Shown: positions 18,990 to 28,939, numbered from the stretch's first letter. The stretch: 64,000 nt of DNA from Pseudomonadota bacterium (GCA_021812385.1 JAKANO010000007.1:12512-76511); one strand, 5' to 3'. Numbers and translations are program-made. Notes: generated from the sequence alone by a model not told the origin.

Positions 18990-19651
18990 GCCCACAACTC
19001 GCACGCCTGCTGCAACTCGCCAGTCCCACTTTGCCGGTCGGCGCTTATACCTATTCGCAAGGCTTGGAGTGGGCGGTGGAATCCGGCGCGGTGAAAGACG
19101 AGTCGAGCGCCCTGCAGTGGATCGGCGATTTGCTGCAATGGAATATGGGGCGCTTTGAAGCGCCGCTGTTGGCGCAAATGCTGGCGGCGTGCGCCGATCA
19201 AGACCTGGCGCATTTAAGCCAGCTCAATGCGCGCTATTTGGCCAGCCGCGAGAGCGCGGAATTGCGCGCCGAAACCTTGCAAATGGCGTATTCGCTGTTG
19301 CGCTTGCTCAAGGAACTTCAAACCGATGCGGTGTTGGCCAGTCAATTAGCCGCGCCCTCGTTTCCGGCGGTGTGGGCCAGTGTCGCGGTGAGTTGGGAGA
19401 TCGATCGCGACGATGCGCTGAGCGCTTATCTGTGGTCTTGGATCGAAAACCAAACCATGGCGGCGCTCAAGACGGTGCCCTTGGGGCAGACCGCCGGCCA
19501 ACGTATTTTGCTGGCCTTGGGCCAGCAGATCGCGCGCGTGACGCAACAAGCGCGCGCCCTGGATGTGGCGGACTACAGCAACTTCGCGCCCGGTTTCGCG
19601 ATTGCCTGTTGCCGCCATGAAACGCAATACACCCGTTTGTTTCGTTCATAG
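18986..19651 (+). CDS. ureF: urease accessory protein UreF
   Basis: [25 protein letters not shown], typical UreF. Overlaps the ureE stop. Confidence 0.9.
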   Translation: MSPQLARLLQLASPTLPVGAYTYSQGLEWAVESGAVKDESSALQWIGDLLQWNMGRFEAPLLAQMLAACADQDLAHLSQLNARYLASRESAELRAETLQMAYSLLRLLKELQTDAVLASQLAAPSFPAVWASVAVSWEIDRDDALSAYLWSWIENQTMAALKTVPLGQTAGQRILLALGQQIARVTQQARALDVADYSNFAPGFAIACCRHETQYTRLFRS

Positions 19652-19659
19652 GAGATCGC

Positions 19660-20304
19660 ATGCTTACGACAACTCAACCGCTGCGCGTCGGCATCGGCGG
19701 CCCGGTCGGTTCCGGCAAAACGGCGCTGACTTTGGCGCTGTGCAAGACCTTGCGCGAGCGCTACAACATCGCGGTGGTGACCAACGATATCTACACCGAA
19801 GAGGACGCGCAGTTCCTGGTGCGCAACGAAGCGCTCGCGCCGGAACGCATCATCGGCGTGGAGACCGGCGGCTGCCCGCATACCGCCATCCGCGAAGACG
19901 CGTCGATCAATCTCGAAGCAGTGGCGCGGCTGTCCAACCGCTTTCCGGGCTTGGACATGATCTTCGTCGAGAGCGGCGGCGATAACTTGTCCGCCACCTT
20001 CAGCCCGGAATTATCCGATCTCACGCTGTATGTCATCGATGTCGCGGCCGGCGACAAGATCCCGCGCAAAGGCGGGCCGGGCATTACCAAATCGGATTTG
20101 TTGATCATCAACAAAATCGACTTGGCGCCGATGGTCGGCGCATCGCTGGAAGTAATGGATCGCGACGCGAAAAAAATGCGCGGCGAGCGCCCGTTTATTT
20201 TCAGCAATCTCAAGACCGGACAGGGGCTGGACGCCATTGTGCAGTTTATTCAATCCCAAGGTTTGCTTGAGGTGGTTCAACCGTTGGCTTTCGAGGGGAA
20301 ATGA
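19660..20304 (+). CDS. ureG: urease accessory GTPase UreG
   Basis: P-loop [26 protein letters not shown]. Confidence 0.96.
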   Translation: MLTTTQPLRVGIGGPVGSGKTALTLALCKTLRERYNIAVVTNDIYTEEDAQFLVRNEALAPERIIGVETGGCPHTAIREDASINLEAVARLSNRFPGLDMIFVESGGDNLSATFSPELSDLTLYVIDVAAGDKIPRKGGPGITKSDLLIINKIDLAPMVGASLEVMDRDAKKMRGERPFIFSNLKTGQGLDAIVQFIQSQGLLEVVQPLAFEGK

Positions 20305-20305
20305 C

Positions 20306-20893
20306 ATGTCAAAAATACAAGTTTTGTGCTGCGGTATGTTCGCTGCGCTGGTGAGCCCAATAGCCGGCGCACATGGTTTTCATGGGGGTTTGCATGGCGT
20401 GAGTTTCATGGCGGGCGTTGTGCATCCCTTGCTCGGTCTCGATCATTTGCTGGCCATGCTGGGGATGGGTGTGAGCGTTGCAGGATTTAGCGTGCGTGGC
20501 CGCTTAGCTGCGGCGGGCTTAATAGTCTTGAGTTTGCTCGTGGGTTTGTTCGGCGCTAGCGCAATGCACGCGCCGCTGTCCGTCGATCCCTTGCTGGCGG
20601 CAACGCTGTTGATGCTGGGTTTGATGCTGCTGCGCAAGCATGCGGCATCTTTCGCTTGGCGCATTTCGATGATCGCGCTATTTACTTATTTCCACGGTTT
20701 TGCGCACGGCGCGGAATGGCCGCACCAGCACGCCATATGGCCTTTTGCGGCCGGTGTGGCGAGCGCAAGCCTGATGCTGTTTGTGCTGGGCGCCGCCATC
20801 GGCCGGCAGTGGGTGATGCGGCACCCGCGCGCGCAGATGAGCTTGGGCGGCGTGCTTGGCATGGCGGGCTTGGGTTTTCTATTCGGCGCTTAA
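20306..20893 (+). CDS. ureJ: HupE/UreJ family nickel transporter
   Basis: Start at MSKIQVL (ATG 20306, right after the ureG stop). Signal peptide, then HPLLGLDHLLAML, polytopic. Confidence 0.8.
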   Translation: MSKIQVLCCGMFAALVSPIAGAHGFHGGLHGVSFMAGVVHPLLGLDHLLAMLGMGVSVAGFSVRGRLAAAGLIVLSLLVGLFGASAMHAPLSVDPLLAATLLMLGLMLLRKHAASFAWRISMIALFTYFHGFAHGAEWPHQHAIWPFAAGVASASLMLFVLGAAIGRQWVMRHPRAQMSLGGVLGMAGLGFLFGA

Positions 20894-20978
20894 CCAGCGC
20901 GAGCAGCGCGGTGAGCGCTGTTGCCGTGTCATGCGGCATCGCGATTCCCCTTTCGGGAAAATGAGGCGTTTGGAACGG

Positions 20979-21869
20979 CTAGATAGCCGCGCCGGTCAAT
21001 TGCTGCAGCGCTTGCAAATACTTCTCGGTGGTCTTGGCGATCACTTCCGCCGGCAGCGGCGGCGCGGGCGCTTTTTTATTCCAGTCCAGGGTTTCCAGGT
21101 AATCGCGCAGGTATTGCTTGTCGAAACTGGGCGGGTTGCTGCCCGGCGCGTATTGATCGGCCGGCCAGAAACGCGAGGAGTCGGGCGTGAGCGCTTCGTC
21201 GATCAGGTACAGTTTGCCCGCGTCGTCCAGGCCGAATTCGAATTTGGTGTCGGCGATGATGATGCCCTTGGTCTTGGCATAGTCAGCGGCGCTGCTGTAG
21301 AGCGCGAGCGCGGCGTCGCGCACTTGCTCCGCCAGCGGACGGCCAATCAGCGCGACGGTTTTTTCAAAGCTGATGTTCTCGTCGTGCTGGCCGAGCGCGG
21401 CCTTGGTCGAGGGCGTGAACAGCGGCTGCGGCAGTTTGTCGGCTTCGCGCAGGCCGGCCGGCAAGGGTATGCCGCACACGCTGCCGTCGCGCTGGTATTC
21501 CTTCCAGCCGGAGCCGACCAGATAGCCGCGCACGATGGCCTCGATCGGTAATGCTTTCAGTTTTTTGACCACGATGGCGCGGCCGCGCACTTGATCCACT
21601 TCGTCCGGCGCCACCACGGATTCCGGCGCATCGCCGGTGAGCTGGTTGGGCAGGATGTTCCTCAGTTTCTCGAACCAGAAGTTCGACACCGTGGTAAGCA
21701 CTTCGCCCTTGCGCGGAATCGGTTCGTTCATGATGACATCGAAGGCCGAGAGGCGGTCGGTGGTAACGATCAACAGGCGCTTGGCGTCGACATCGTAAAT
21801 GTCGCGGACTTTGCCGCGATGCAGGAGTTTGAGGCTGCGAATATGCGATTGGTAGAGTGCTGAGGACAT
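20979..21869 (-). CDS. purC: phosphoribosylaminoimidazole-succinocarboxamide synthase
   Basis: 296 aa, [14 protein letters not shown]...TDRLSAFD, long-form PurC. Confidence 0.93.
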   Translation of the reverse strand: MSSALYQSHIRSLKLLHRGKVRDIYDVDAKRLLIVTTDRLSAFDVIMNEPIPRKGEVLTTVSNFWFEKLRNILPNQLTGDAPESVVAPDEVDQVRGRAIVVKKLKALPIEAIVRGYLVGSGWKEYQRDGSVCGIPLPAGLREADKLPQPLFTPSTKAALGQHDENISFEKTVALIGRPLAEQVRDAALALYSSAADYAKTKGIIIADTKFEFGLDDAGKLYLIDEALTPDSSRFWPADQYAPGSNPPSFDKQYLRDYLETLDWNKKAPAPPLPAEVIAKTTEKYLQALQQLTGAAI

Positions 21870-21941
21870 GGTTATTTTCCCTGAGTGAAGCGTGAATTAT
21901 AGCGAAGCGCGGGGCATCGTACGAGGCGCGCTTTGGTGCGG

Positions 21942-22001
21942 GTAGGGGCGAGGCATGCCTCGCCCGGTATCAATAGCGGGTCGGGCATGCCCGACCCCTA
22001 C
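21942..22001. repeat. REP-like double hairpin (GTAGGGGCGAGGCATGCCTCGCCC / GGGTCGGGCATGCCCGACCCCTAC)
   Basis: Two GC-rich palindromes whose outer ends are themselves inverted (gtagggg...cccctac). Lies between the cbbY stop and the purC start and is a likely transcript-end structure. Confidence 0.7.
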
Positions 22002-22005
22002 AAGA

Positions 22006-22761
22006 CTACACCGCATGCAAACGGCGCAGCAGCGCCACATCCACTAGGCTGCTGCCGTTGATCTGGCCGCTCAGTGCGTGGCAGGGCGCGCTCGGTTCGC
22101 CCAGATCGCTGAGCACCGCGATGCTGCCGCTAAAGTCTTCGCCTTGGGTATAAGTGCTTTGCGTCACCAGCACCGGCAGGCCGGCGGCGAGCGCCGAGCG
22201 CACGCCGTTGCGCGAATCTTCCAGGGCGATGCAGCGGCTGGCGGGCAGGTCGAGTTTTTCCAGCACCCAGGTATAAATGTCGGGCGCGGGTTTCTTGGCC
22301 GGCACGATGTCGCCGGCGCCGATCACTTCGAAGGTGTCGGCGGGCAAGTCCTTGAGCGTGGTGGCGAGCAGCGCATCCACGTTTTGCGGCGTGGTGGTGG
22401 TGGCGATGGCGACGCGGATGCCGTTGGCGCGCAGCTCGCGGATCAGGCGCAGCACGCCGGGGCGCGGCGTGATCGTGCCTTGCTCCATGAAGCGCACGTA
22501 GTGGCGGGTTTTGGCCTTGTGCAGCTCAGCGATCGTTGCGTCCGCGTCCGGGCGCTGTAGGAAATCGGGCCGGTATTTTGTGCAATAAGCGCGCATGCGC
22601 TCCTTGCCGCCGGTCACGGCCAGCAACTCGCCATACATCGGCACGTCCCAGTCCCAATCCAGCCCATATTCGCGAAAGGCGGCATTGAAGGCGGGGCGGT
22701 GGCCGTCGCGCTCGGTCTCGGCGAGCGTGCCGTCCACGTCGAAAATCACTGCGTCGAGCAT
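22006..22761 (-). CDS. cbbY: HAD-family phosphatase CbbY (xylulose-1,5-bisphosphate phosphatase-like)
   Basis: MLDAVIFDVDGTLAETERDGHRPAFNAAF...TGGKERM, closely following the remembered CbbY N-terminal pattern. Confidence 0.8.
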   Translation of the reverse strand: MLDAVIFDVDGTLAETERDGHRPAFNAAFREYGLDWDWDVPMYGELLAVTGGKERMRAYCTKYRPDFLQRPDADATIAELHKAKTRHYVRFMEQGTITPRPGVLRLIRELRANGIRVAIATTTTPQNVDALLATTLKDLPADTFEVIGAGDIVPAKKPAPDIYTWVLEKLDLPASRCIALEDSRNGVRSALAAGLPVLVTQSTYTQGEDFSGSIAVLSDLGEPSAPCHALSGQINGSSLVDVALLRRLHAV

Positions 22762-22826
22762 GGTTTTTCCTTAGATATGAAAAGTCTAAGGGCGTGATTT
22801 TCGCCGAAAACGCCGTAGGCCAAAAG

Positions 22827-22877
22827 CTATTTAGTGAGTGCGATGAATAATTGCGGCAGGCGCTGGTTGTTGTCGAT
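22827..22877 (-). pseudogene. relic of a cbbO 3' end (last 16 codons + stop)
   Basis: The minus strand reads IDNNQRLPQLFIALTK*. Intact CbbO (25524..) ends IDNIQRLPERLPQLFIALTK*. 25 nt are identical (22840-22864 = 25537-25561). The last five codons differ only synonymously. Upstream sequence shows at most weak similarity. Confidence 0.6.
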
Positions 22878-23186
22878 TAAGGAGAAGGGTGGCATGGGTA
22901 TTTGCTCGATATGGGCCTGGGATTGTAAGAGCTCGATGAGCAAATGCTGGCTGCGCTCGAAAACGAACAATAGCGTTTAGCTAATGCCGCTAGTTGAAAG
23001 ACGCATGCTGATTAGTGACGGAAGTCGGTTAAGTGCCAAAAGCTGCTAGTCGTGCCTCACCTTTGGTTTTCCCGATAGCGGCCACTCTGGCAGAAAAAAC
23101 ACGGATTGATCTTGCCCGTGACAAGTTAGTCATTCATGCTTCGCTCTAACACTGTCCCCAATAGAGATTTCGTTAGAAAGTACGGT

Positions 23187-25037
23187 ATGAAAATAATATC
23201 ACTGCAATTGTCTAATATTTTGAGCTTCAGGTACTTCGATAACGTCGGAGATGCCGAGAAAATCAGTTTTGATGATGATCTCAATATAATCATTGGGGAA
23301 AATGGCTCAGGTAAATCAACGGCTCTGGAAGTCATAAATTTCCTGTTCAGACGCGTTCTCTATAAACAGTACAACCTCAATCAAGACCTATACTCGCAGC
23401 GGAATAACATCACCGCTGATCAGCGAAAACAAATTCTCCTTCCTGCAAACAACCTCTCGTATAACGGGTTTAGACTTGATCCTAATTGGAATACAGAAGA
23501 CCGGTCTCAAACAATAAGTATTGTGGTTAAACTGGACGAGATTGATAAAAAGAATCTTCATTATCTGCAAGATAAACGAAACACTTTGACGCCATGGGTA
23601 GGGCGTTACACCACTCGGGGTGAGACTGCTACGTCAGAGTTCAGCGAAACGTATACTCTAGATGTCATCTTAAATCGAAATGATAAAACGTTCTCCGTCC
23701 AACCTCGGGACTGCGCTCAAGATTTCGGGTATGAGTACCTCTCGGACTACAATTTTTACAAAGAGACGATCGCTCTCTACAACTTAGAAAATTCAGCGAA
23801 TCCAGTCGATACGCTCTACGAGTCGTTCACTCTGATAAGCAGTTACCGCAACTATCATGCTTTCAATGTCTCAATAAGCTTGCGAGACAGCACGCCCGCC
23901 ACACAGATTCAGCAAATTCGGAACGCTGATTTCACAAGGAGTCTGAACGCAAACGATAACTCGGAACCGGCGATTTTTGCGCTTGTTCGTCTCCGAGTTG
24001 CCGAAATGCACTTTGGCTTAATGCCACAAAAGATGAGTGAGGCGGAATGCGAGGCCGCTGCTAACGAGCTGCCGTTCATACTTGAAATCAACAAACGTCT
24101 TCGTATCGTCAATCTGATGTGCAAAATCAAACTTCTTGATCAGCGCACCTGGCAATACAGATTTGAGTTTTTAGATCTGCGAAGAAACAAGGCCATTGCA
24201 GATATCAACAGCCTTAGTGCTGGGCAGAAGGCTATTACCCATCTGGTTTTCGAGGCCTATGGAAGAGGCGACCTAAAAGGTGGGCTCGTTATCATCGATG
24301 AGCCAGAAATTCATCTGCACTATCAGTTCCAGCATGAGTACCTACAGGTAATACGAGAACTGAACAAATACCAAAGTTGTCAATACATTTTGGTTACGCA
24401 CTCCGAAGCACTCATAAACTCGGCAACTATCAGCAGTGTAAGGCGGTTCAGTCTCAGTGCAGAAGGGTACACAGAGATACGGTTCCCAAATCTTACGGCT
24501 GAACAGAAGCTCTTGATTCGTATTCTTGACAACACAAGGTCAACCTATGCGTTCTTTGCAAAGAAAGTCGTTTTGGTCGAAGGGGACTCGGACAGATATT
24601 TCTTTAAGGCTGTGATTCAGTTGCTATATCAGGAGCTAAACCAAGAGATTGCGATACTTCACGTCGGTGGTAAGAACGAGTTAGTTCAATGGACCACTCT
24701 TTTTGAAAGCTTTGGGCTGACTGTCTATCGGATTGCTGATTTGGACTATGTCTACAATATCTTCTACCCTAACGAATCATGGACGAAGCTAAAGACATCA
24801 ACTGCGGTAACGGCTTTCAAGAACGCACACCCTGACTGCGAGTCCAGTATAGCTACAGAATATGCAAACAACACCTTTATTCTTAGGAACGGTGATCTTG
24901 AGCATTATCTCGATATTGGGAAGGATCTGGCGGAGGTTATAGCATTTTGTACCAATCGGTTGCCACAGTTCCTACAAGATGAAAGCAATCAGAGAAGCGT
25001 AGAACTTAGAGAGATTATTCGGCAGATCACTGTCTAG
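23187..25037 (+). CDS. OLD-family nuclease (ABC-type ATPase + C-terminal TOPRIM), solitary/class 1-like
   Basis: MKIISLQLSNILSFRY, Walker A GENGSGKST, signature LSAGQKAI, Walker B LVIIDEPEIHLH. C-terminal TOPRIM-like VVLVEGDSDRYFF and IADLDY. AT-richer than the flanks. The start at 23187 has only a weak RBS; the track start is 23136. Confidence 0.75.
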   Translation: MKIISLQLSNILSFRYFDNVGDAEKISFDDDLNIIIGENGSGKSTALEVINFLFRRVLYKQYNLNQDLYSQRNNITADQRKQILLPANNLSYNGFRLDPNWNTEDRSQTISIVVKLDEIDKKNLHYLQDKRNTLTPWVGRYTTRGETATSEFSETYTLDVILNRNDKTFSVQPRDCAQDFGYEYLSDYNFYKETIALYNLENSANPVDTLYESFTLISSYRNYHAFNVSISLRDSTPATQIQQIRNADFTRSLNANDNSEPAIFALVRLRVAEMHFGLMPQKMSEAECEAAANELPFILEINKRLRIVNLMCKIKLLDQRTWQYRFEFLDLRRNKAIADINSLSAGQKAITHLVFEAYGRGDLKGGLVIIDEPEIHLHYQFQHEYLQVIRELNKYQSCQYILVTHSEALINSATISSVRRFSLSAEGYTEIRFPNLTAEQKLLIRILDNTRSTYAFFAKKVVLVEGDSDRYFFKAVIQLLYQELNQEIAILHVGGKNELVQWTTLFESFGLTVYRIADLDYVYNIFYPNESWTKLKTSTAVTAFKNAHPDCESSIATEYANNTFILRNGDLEHYLDIGKDLAEVIAFCTNRLPQFLQDESNQRSVELREIIRQITV

Positions 25038-25143
25038 TGATCATTGTCCTCGGATATCGTGAGCGGTGTCGGGTGTCATCTGTTAGTGGGTAATGGAGGA
25101 GAGAGGCCGCTTTAGCAGTTTTCAATGACCGCTTTGGTCGTTT

Positions 25144-25485
25144 TCAGACCTTCTTCAAATAACAAGCCTTCAACATGATGTTGCCCGCATCGGTCTTGCA
25201 GTCCACTTCGTGATCGCCGTCGACCAGGCGGATGCCCTTGATCTTGGTGCCGACCTTCAGGGTGATCGAGCTGCCTTTCACTTTTAGGTCCTTGATCAGC
25301 GCCACGGTGTCGCCGCTGGCCAGCACGTTGCCGTTGGCGTCCTTGACCACCCGGTCCGAATTTTCATCGGCCTCTGTGCTTGCTTGAATCGGCCATTCGT
25401 AGCCGCAGTCGGCGCAGATGTAGTTATTGCCGTCCTGGTAGGTGTTTTCAAGCGTGCATTGGGGGCAGGGGATGGTGGTGTTCAT
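25144..25485 (-). CDS. yjdM: zinc-ribbon protein YjdM (PhnA family)
   Basis: 113 aa, CPQC...CADC zinc ribbon, then an SH3-like C-terminus GDTVALIKDLKVKG. Confidence 0.9.
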   Translation of the reverse strand: MNTTIPCPQCTLENTYQDGNNYICADCGYEWPIQASTEADENSDRVVKDANGNVLASGDTVALIKDLKVKGSSITLKVGTKIKGIRLVDGDHEVDCKTDAGNIMLKACYLKKV

Positions 25486-25523
25486 GGTTTTCTCGTTTCG
25501 ATCGGATAAAAATTGCGCGACGC

Positions 25524-27818
25524 TTATTTCGTCAACGCGATGAATAATTGCGGCAGGCGCTCCGGCAGGCGCTGGATGTTGTCGATCACGGTGTATTGCT
25601 TGCCGAAGATATCGGCGACGTATTCATCCGCTTTCGGGTCCAGGTTGATGCAGTAGGTGTAGATGCCTTTTTGATCCAGTTCCTTCACGGCTTGGCGCGC
25701 GTCTTCGATCAGCAGGCGTTCGTCCTTGGTATCCACGTCGGACGGTTCGCCGTCGGTCAGGATCAACATCAGTTTTTTGTCAGCTTTTTGCGCTTGCAAG
25801 TAATGCGCGGCGTGGCGCATGGCCGCGCCCATGCGAGTGGAGTAGGCGGCTTGCATCGCGGCCAGGCGGCCTTTGACCTCGTCGTCCCAGCGTTCGCTGT
25901 AGCCTTTGATGTGCAGGTAGCGCACGTCGTGCCGGGTGTTAGAGTGGAAGCCGCCGATGGCGAATGGGTCGCCCAGTTTGTCCACCGCCCAGGCCAGCAG
26001 CGACACCGCTTCCTGGCTCAGTTGCAGAATGGTTTGATCACTTGTATCGCCTGGGCCCGAGGCCTTTTCATTCAGCGATTCGGATAAATCCAGCAGCAGC
26101 ATCACCGCGATGTCGCGGCCGCTGGTTTTGTGGCTCATGTTGATGCGCGGGTCGGGTGTTGCGCCGCTCTTGTAATCGATGAGCGAGCGCAGCGCCACAT
26201 CCAAGTCCAGCTCGCTGCCTTCTTCTTGATAGCGGATGCGCACTTTGTCTTGCGGCTTTAATAAATCCAGCATGCGCTTCAAACGCTTGGCCAAGGCCGC
26301 ATGCTTGATCAGCAGCTGGTCGATGTGCGCGGGGTTGCCCTTGGGATGCAGCGCTTCGTACACGCTGGCCCAATCCGGGCGGTAGGTCTGGCTGTTGCAA
26401 TCCCATTCCGGATAATGGCGCGGCGGCAGGCCTTGCAGCTCTTCTTCCTCCAACACAATCTTGCGATGATCGTCGAACATTTCTTCATCGTCGCTTTGCT
26501 CGTGGAAACGCCACATGTGGCGGTTGTCGTCACGGTAATCCACTTCGGTGTTGCCGAAATGCACGCGGGCAAACTGATCGCTTTGGCGCCGCGTTTTGGC
26601 GACATAGCTCAAGGCCAGGCTGGCGATTTCCTCGGTGCTGGATTCGGTGTTAGATCCGCCTGGCGCCATCAGATCGTGGAAGCGCTGGGTGAAGTCCAGG
26701 AGCTGCGCGTCGCAATAGCCGTGCTGCGGGTCAAGCAGGGCGCGCGACAGCATGGCCAAACGATGACGCAGGCAAGAAGTGGTTTCCGGATCGCACGCGT
26801 TCTCAAGCGGCTTAGGATGCAGTTTAATGAACAAGCGGCGCAGGCCGGGGTATTCGCGCATGGCAAGTGCTTCCACCCGCGCGTCTTCGAAAAACTCGAT
26901 GGCCATGCGCTGGAACGGACTGTAGTTGTCGGCAAAGATCGCCGTGGTCCAGCGCTGGTGGCCAATGATGTGGGCGAGCACGGCACGATAGCGATCCAAA
27001 CCGCTGACGTCGTTCACGTCGTCGTACACATCCGGCAAGCGGATGCCGAGTTTGTCGTAATAGGGGATCGGTTTGCGCAACTCGTCGAATTTGAGCGAGT
27101 AGGGCACGAAGTGCGCATCGGTTTGCCACAGGCCGCGCAGATACAGATCCAGCTTGCGTTCGTTGTCCACCAGCAGCGTGCCGTGGCGCTCTTTCTGCAG
27201 CATGGCGCGGCTGTCCGCCGATTGCAGGCTGAAATAATCCTGCTGTCGTTCGGGGTGATCGCCATAGTTGCGGATGCCGTATTCCACCCAGTTTTTCAGG
27301 CCGGCGATGGATACTTGATTCAATAGATAGGGCGAGTGCTTGAAAAATTCCGGCAGGCCGGGGCTGGCGAAGGTGGTGTGTATGCCGTGAATCGAGCCGG
27401 TGGTGCGCTCCATGAAGGCCAGCGCCAGATCCATGTAATCCTGCATCTGTTCTTGTGAATGTAGACGACGCGACGTGGCCGCCAGCGTTTGCAGGAACGG
27501 CACGATGGCGCGGCCGTTGGGCGATTTCCACATCTTGCGAATGAAGTCTGAGATGGCCGGCAAAGCCGATTCGCCCAGCGTGGTCGCGATCGACGGCCAC
27601 TCTTCCAAAAAAATCAGCACCGGCTCCACGCCGCGCCCCATCTTGCACAGAAAGCGCGCGTACTCCAGATAGGCATTGATGCCTTCCTTGGAGAGCACCG
27701 ACAAGGCCTCGGCCATGCAGTCCTCGAACACCTCGGCCACTTGCGGGAAACCGCAGCTCAGTTGCTCGCGGTAAGCCTTCATCAGCGGGTGTTCGTATGC
27801 GGTGTTGGCTTCTGTCAT
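25524..27818 (-). CDS. cbbO: RuBisCO activase subunit CbbO (vWA domain), form II-associated
   Basis: 764 aa. C-terminal vWA with MIDAS LLLDLSESL. Follows cbbQ and cbbM. Confidence 0.9.
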   Translation of the reverse strand: MTEANTAYEHPLMKAYREQLSCGFPQVAEVFEDCMAEALSVLSKEGINAYLEYARFLCKMGRGVEPVLIFLEEWPSIATTLGESALPAISDFIRKMWKSPNGRAIVPFLQTLAATSRRLHSQEQMQDYMDLALAFMERTTGSIHGIHTTFASPGLPEFFKHSPYLLNQVSIAGLKNWVEYGIRNYGDHPERQQDYFSLQSADSRAMLQKERHGTLLVDNERKLDLYLRGLWQTDAHFVPYSLKFDELRKPIPYYDKLGIRLPDVYDDVNDVSGLDRYRAVLAHIIGHQRWTTAIFADNYSPFQRMAIEFFEDARVEALAMREYPGLRRLFIKLHPKPLENACDPETTSCLRHRLAMLSRALLDPQHGYCDAQLLDFTQRFHDLMAPGGSNTESSTEEIASLALSYVAKTRRQSDQFARVHFGNTEVDYRDDNRHMWRFHEQSDDEEMFDDHRKIVLEEEELQGLPPRHYPEWDCNSQTYRPDWASVYEALHPKGNPAHIDQLLIKHAALAKRLKRMLDLLKPQDKVRIRYQEEGSELDLDVALRSLIDYKSGATPDPRINMSHKTSGRDIAVMLLLDLSESLNEKASGPGDTSDQTILQLSQEAVSLLAWAVDKLGDPFAIGGFHSNTRHDVRYLHIKGYSERWDDEVKGRLAAMQAAYSTRMGAAMRHAAHYLQAQKADKKLMLILTDGEPSDVDTKDERLLIEDARQAVKELDQKGIYTYCINLDPKADEYVADIFGKQYTVIDNIQRLPERLPQLFIALTK

Positions 27819-27840
27819 GGCGATGTTTCCAAAAAAATCA

Positions 27841-27965
27841 TTTCACCGCGGAGGCGCGGAGACGCAGAGAAAAGCAAAAAAGCCATTTGAATGGAAAGGA
27901 TCGCACAGCAAACTCTGAGTTTTCCTTTGCCGTTCTCTGCGCCTCTGCGCCTCCGCGGTTCGCCG
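27841..27965. repeat. tandem-unit long hairpin element, CGCRGAG type (E2)
   Basis: tttcaccgcggaggcgcggagacgcagagaaaagc ... gttctctgcgcctctgcgcctccgcggttcgcc. Fills the cbbQ-cbbO gap. Confidence 0.8.
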
Positions 27966-27970
27966 TTTTT

Positions 27971-28777
27971 TCAAACAGCAAACGTCGCATCAATCGCATG
28001 ATCCAGCGTGTCGCGGATATCCGCGTCATCGGTGATCGGGCGCACCAGCGCCATGCGGCAGGCGTCGCGCGGCTCCACGCCGCCTTTGATCAGCGTCGCT
28101 GCGTACACCAAAAGCCGGGTGGAAATGCCTTCGTCCAGGCCGTGGCCCTTGAGGTTACGCGCGGTGCGGCCGATCTTCACCAGCTTGCCGGCCAGAGTTT
28201 CGTCGGTGCCGGTTTCCTTGGCGACGATGCCAGTTTCCAATTGCGCATCGGGATAGTCGAACTCGAATGCGGTGAAGCGCTGCTTGGTGGATTGTTTCAA
28301 ATCCTTGAGCAAGCTTTGGTAGCCGGGGTTGTAGGAAATCACCAATTGGAAATCCGGGTGCGCTTCGATCAGCTCGCCCTTTTTATCCAGCGGCAAGGTG
28401 CGGCGATGATCGGTCAGTGGATGGATCACTACCGTGGTGTCCTGGCGCGCTTCGACGATCTCATCCAGATAGCAGATCGCGCCGATGCGCGCGGCGGTGG
28501 TCAGCGGGCCGTCCAGCCAGCGCGTGCCGTTGGCTTCGAGGATATAGCGCCCGACCAGATCGGAGGCCGTCATGTCTTCGTTGCAGGCCACGGTGATCAG
28601 CGGCTTGCCCAGGCGCCAGGCCATGTATTCGACAAAGCGCGATTTACCGCAGCCGGTCGGGCCCTTGATCATCACCGGCAGACGCGCGACGTAAGCGGCT
28701 TCATACAGCGCGACTTCTTTACCCTGAGCCTGATAGAAGGGCTCTTTGCGAATTTTGTATTGGTCTTTATCGGTCAT
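27971..28777 (-). CDS. cbbQ: RuBisCO activase AAA+ ATPase CbbQ (MoxR class), form II-associated
   Basis: Start [15 protein letters not shown] with GGAG RBS, parallel to the paralog start [16 protein letters not shown]. Walker A GPTGCGKS, Walker [12 protein letters not shown]. Confidence 0.93.
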   Translation of the reverse strand: MTDKDQYKIRKEPFYQAQGKEVALYEAAYVARLPVMIKGPTGCGKSRFVEYMAWRLGKPLITVACNEDMTASDLVGRYILEANGTRWLDGPLTTAARIGAICYLDEIVEARQDTTVVIHPLTDHRRTLPLDKKGELIEAHPDFQLVISYNPGYQSLLKDLKQSTKQRFTAFEFDYPDAQLETGIVAKETGTDETLAGKLVKIGRTARNLKGHGLDEGISTRLLVYAATLIKGGVEPRDACRMALVRPITDDADIRDTLDHAIDATFAV

Positions 28778-28815
28778 CGAAATCTCCGGCATTATGCTTT
28801 TCAAAAATGATTGTT

Positions 28816-28939
28816 GAACCGCCAAGACGCCAAGAGCGCCAAGGAAAAACCTTCAAGGGCTTATTCAATACGAGCTTGGCCGTGTAGGATTAATGAAATA
28901 CTTTGCTTTTCTCCGCGCTCTTGGTGTCTTGGCGGTTCA
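28816..28939. repeat. tandem-unit long hairpin element, GCCAAGA type (E3)
   Basis: gaaccgccaagacgccaagagcgccaagg ... ccgcgctcttggtgtcttggcggttc. Lies in the cbbM-cbbQ gap. Confidence 0.8.

Noticed and set aside
20894-20978. Possible terminator between convergent ureJ and purC (ttcccctttcgggaaa).
   Set aside because: The stem is only about 5 bp with no adjoining U-run, which is too weak to call.
22980-25143. att-like direct repeats, a tRNA target or an integrase for the OLD island. The same search was made for the 43444-46066 island.
   Set aside because: I found no tRNA-like sequence, no recombinase gene and no convincing flanking direct repeats by eye. The flanks share only short, degenerate motifs (e.g. 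ttttgg..., aaagcgg...-like strings at about 23040, 25100-25135, 43545-43620 and 45880-45960). I cannot align these reliably, so no mobile-element call is made.
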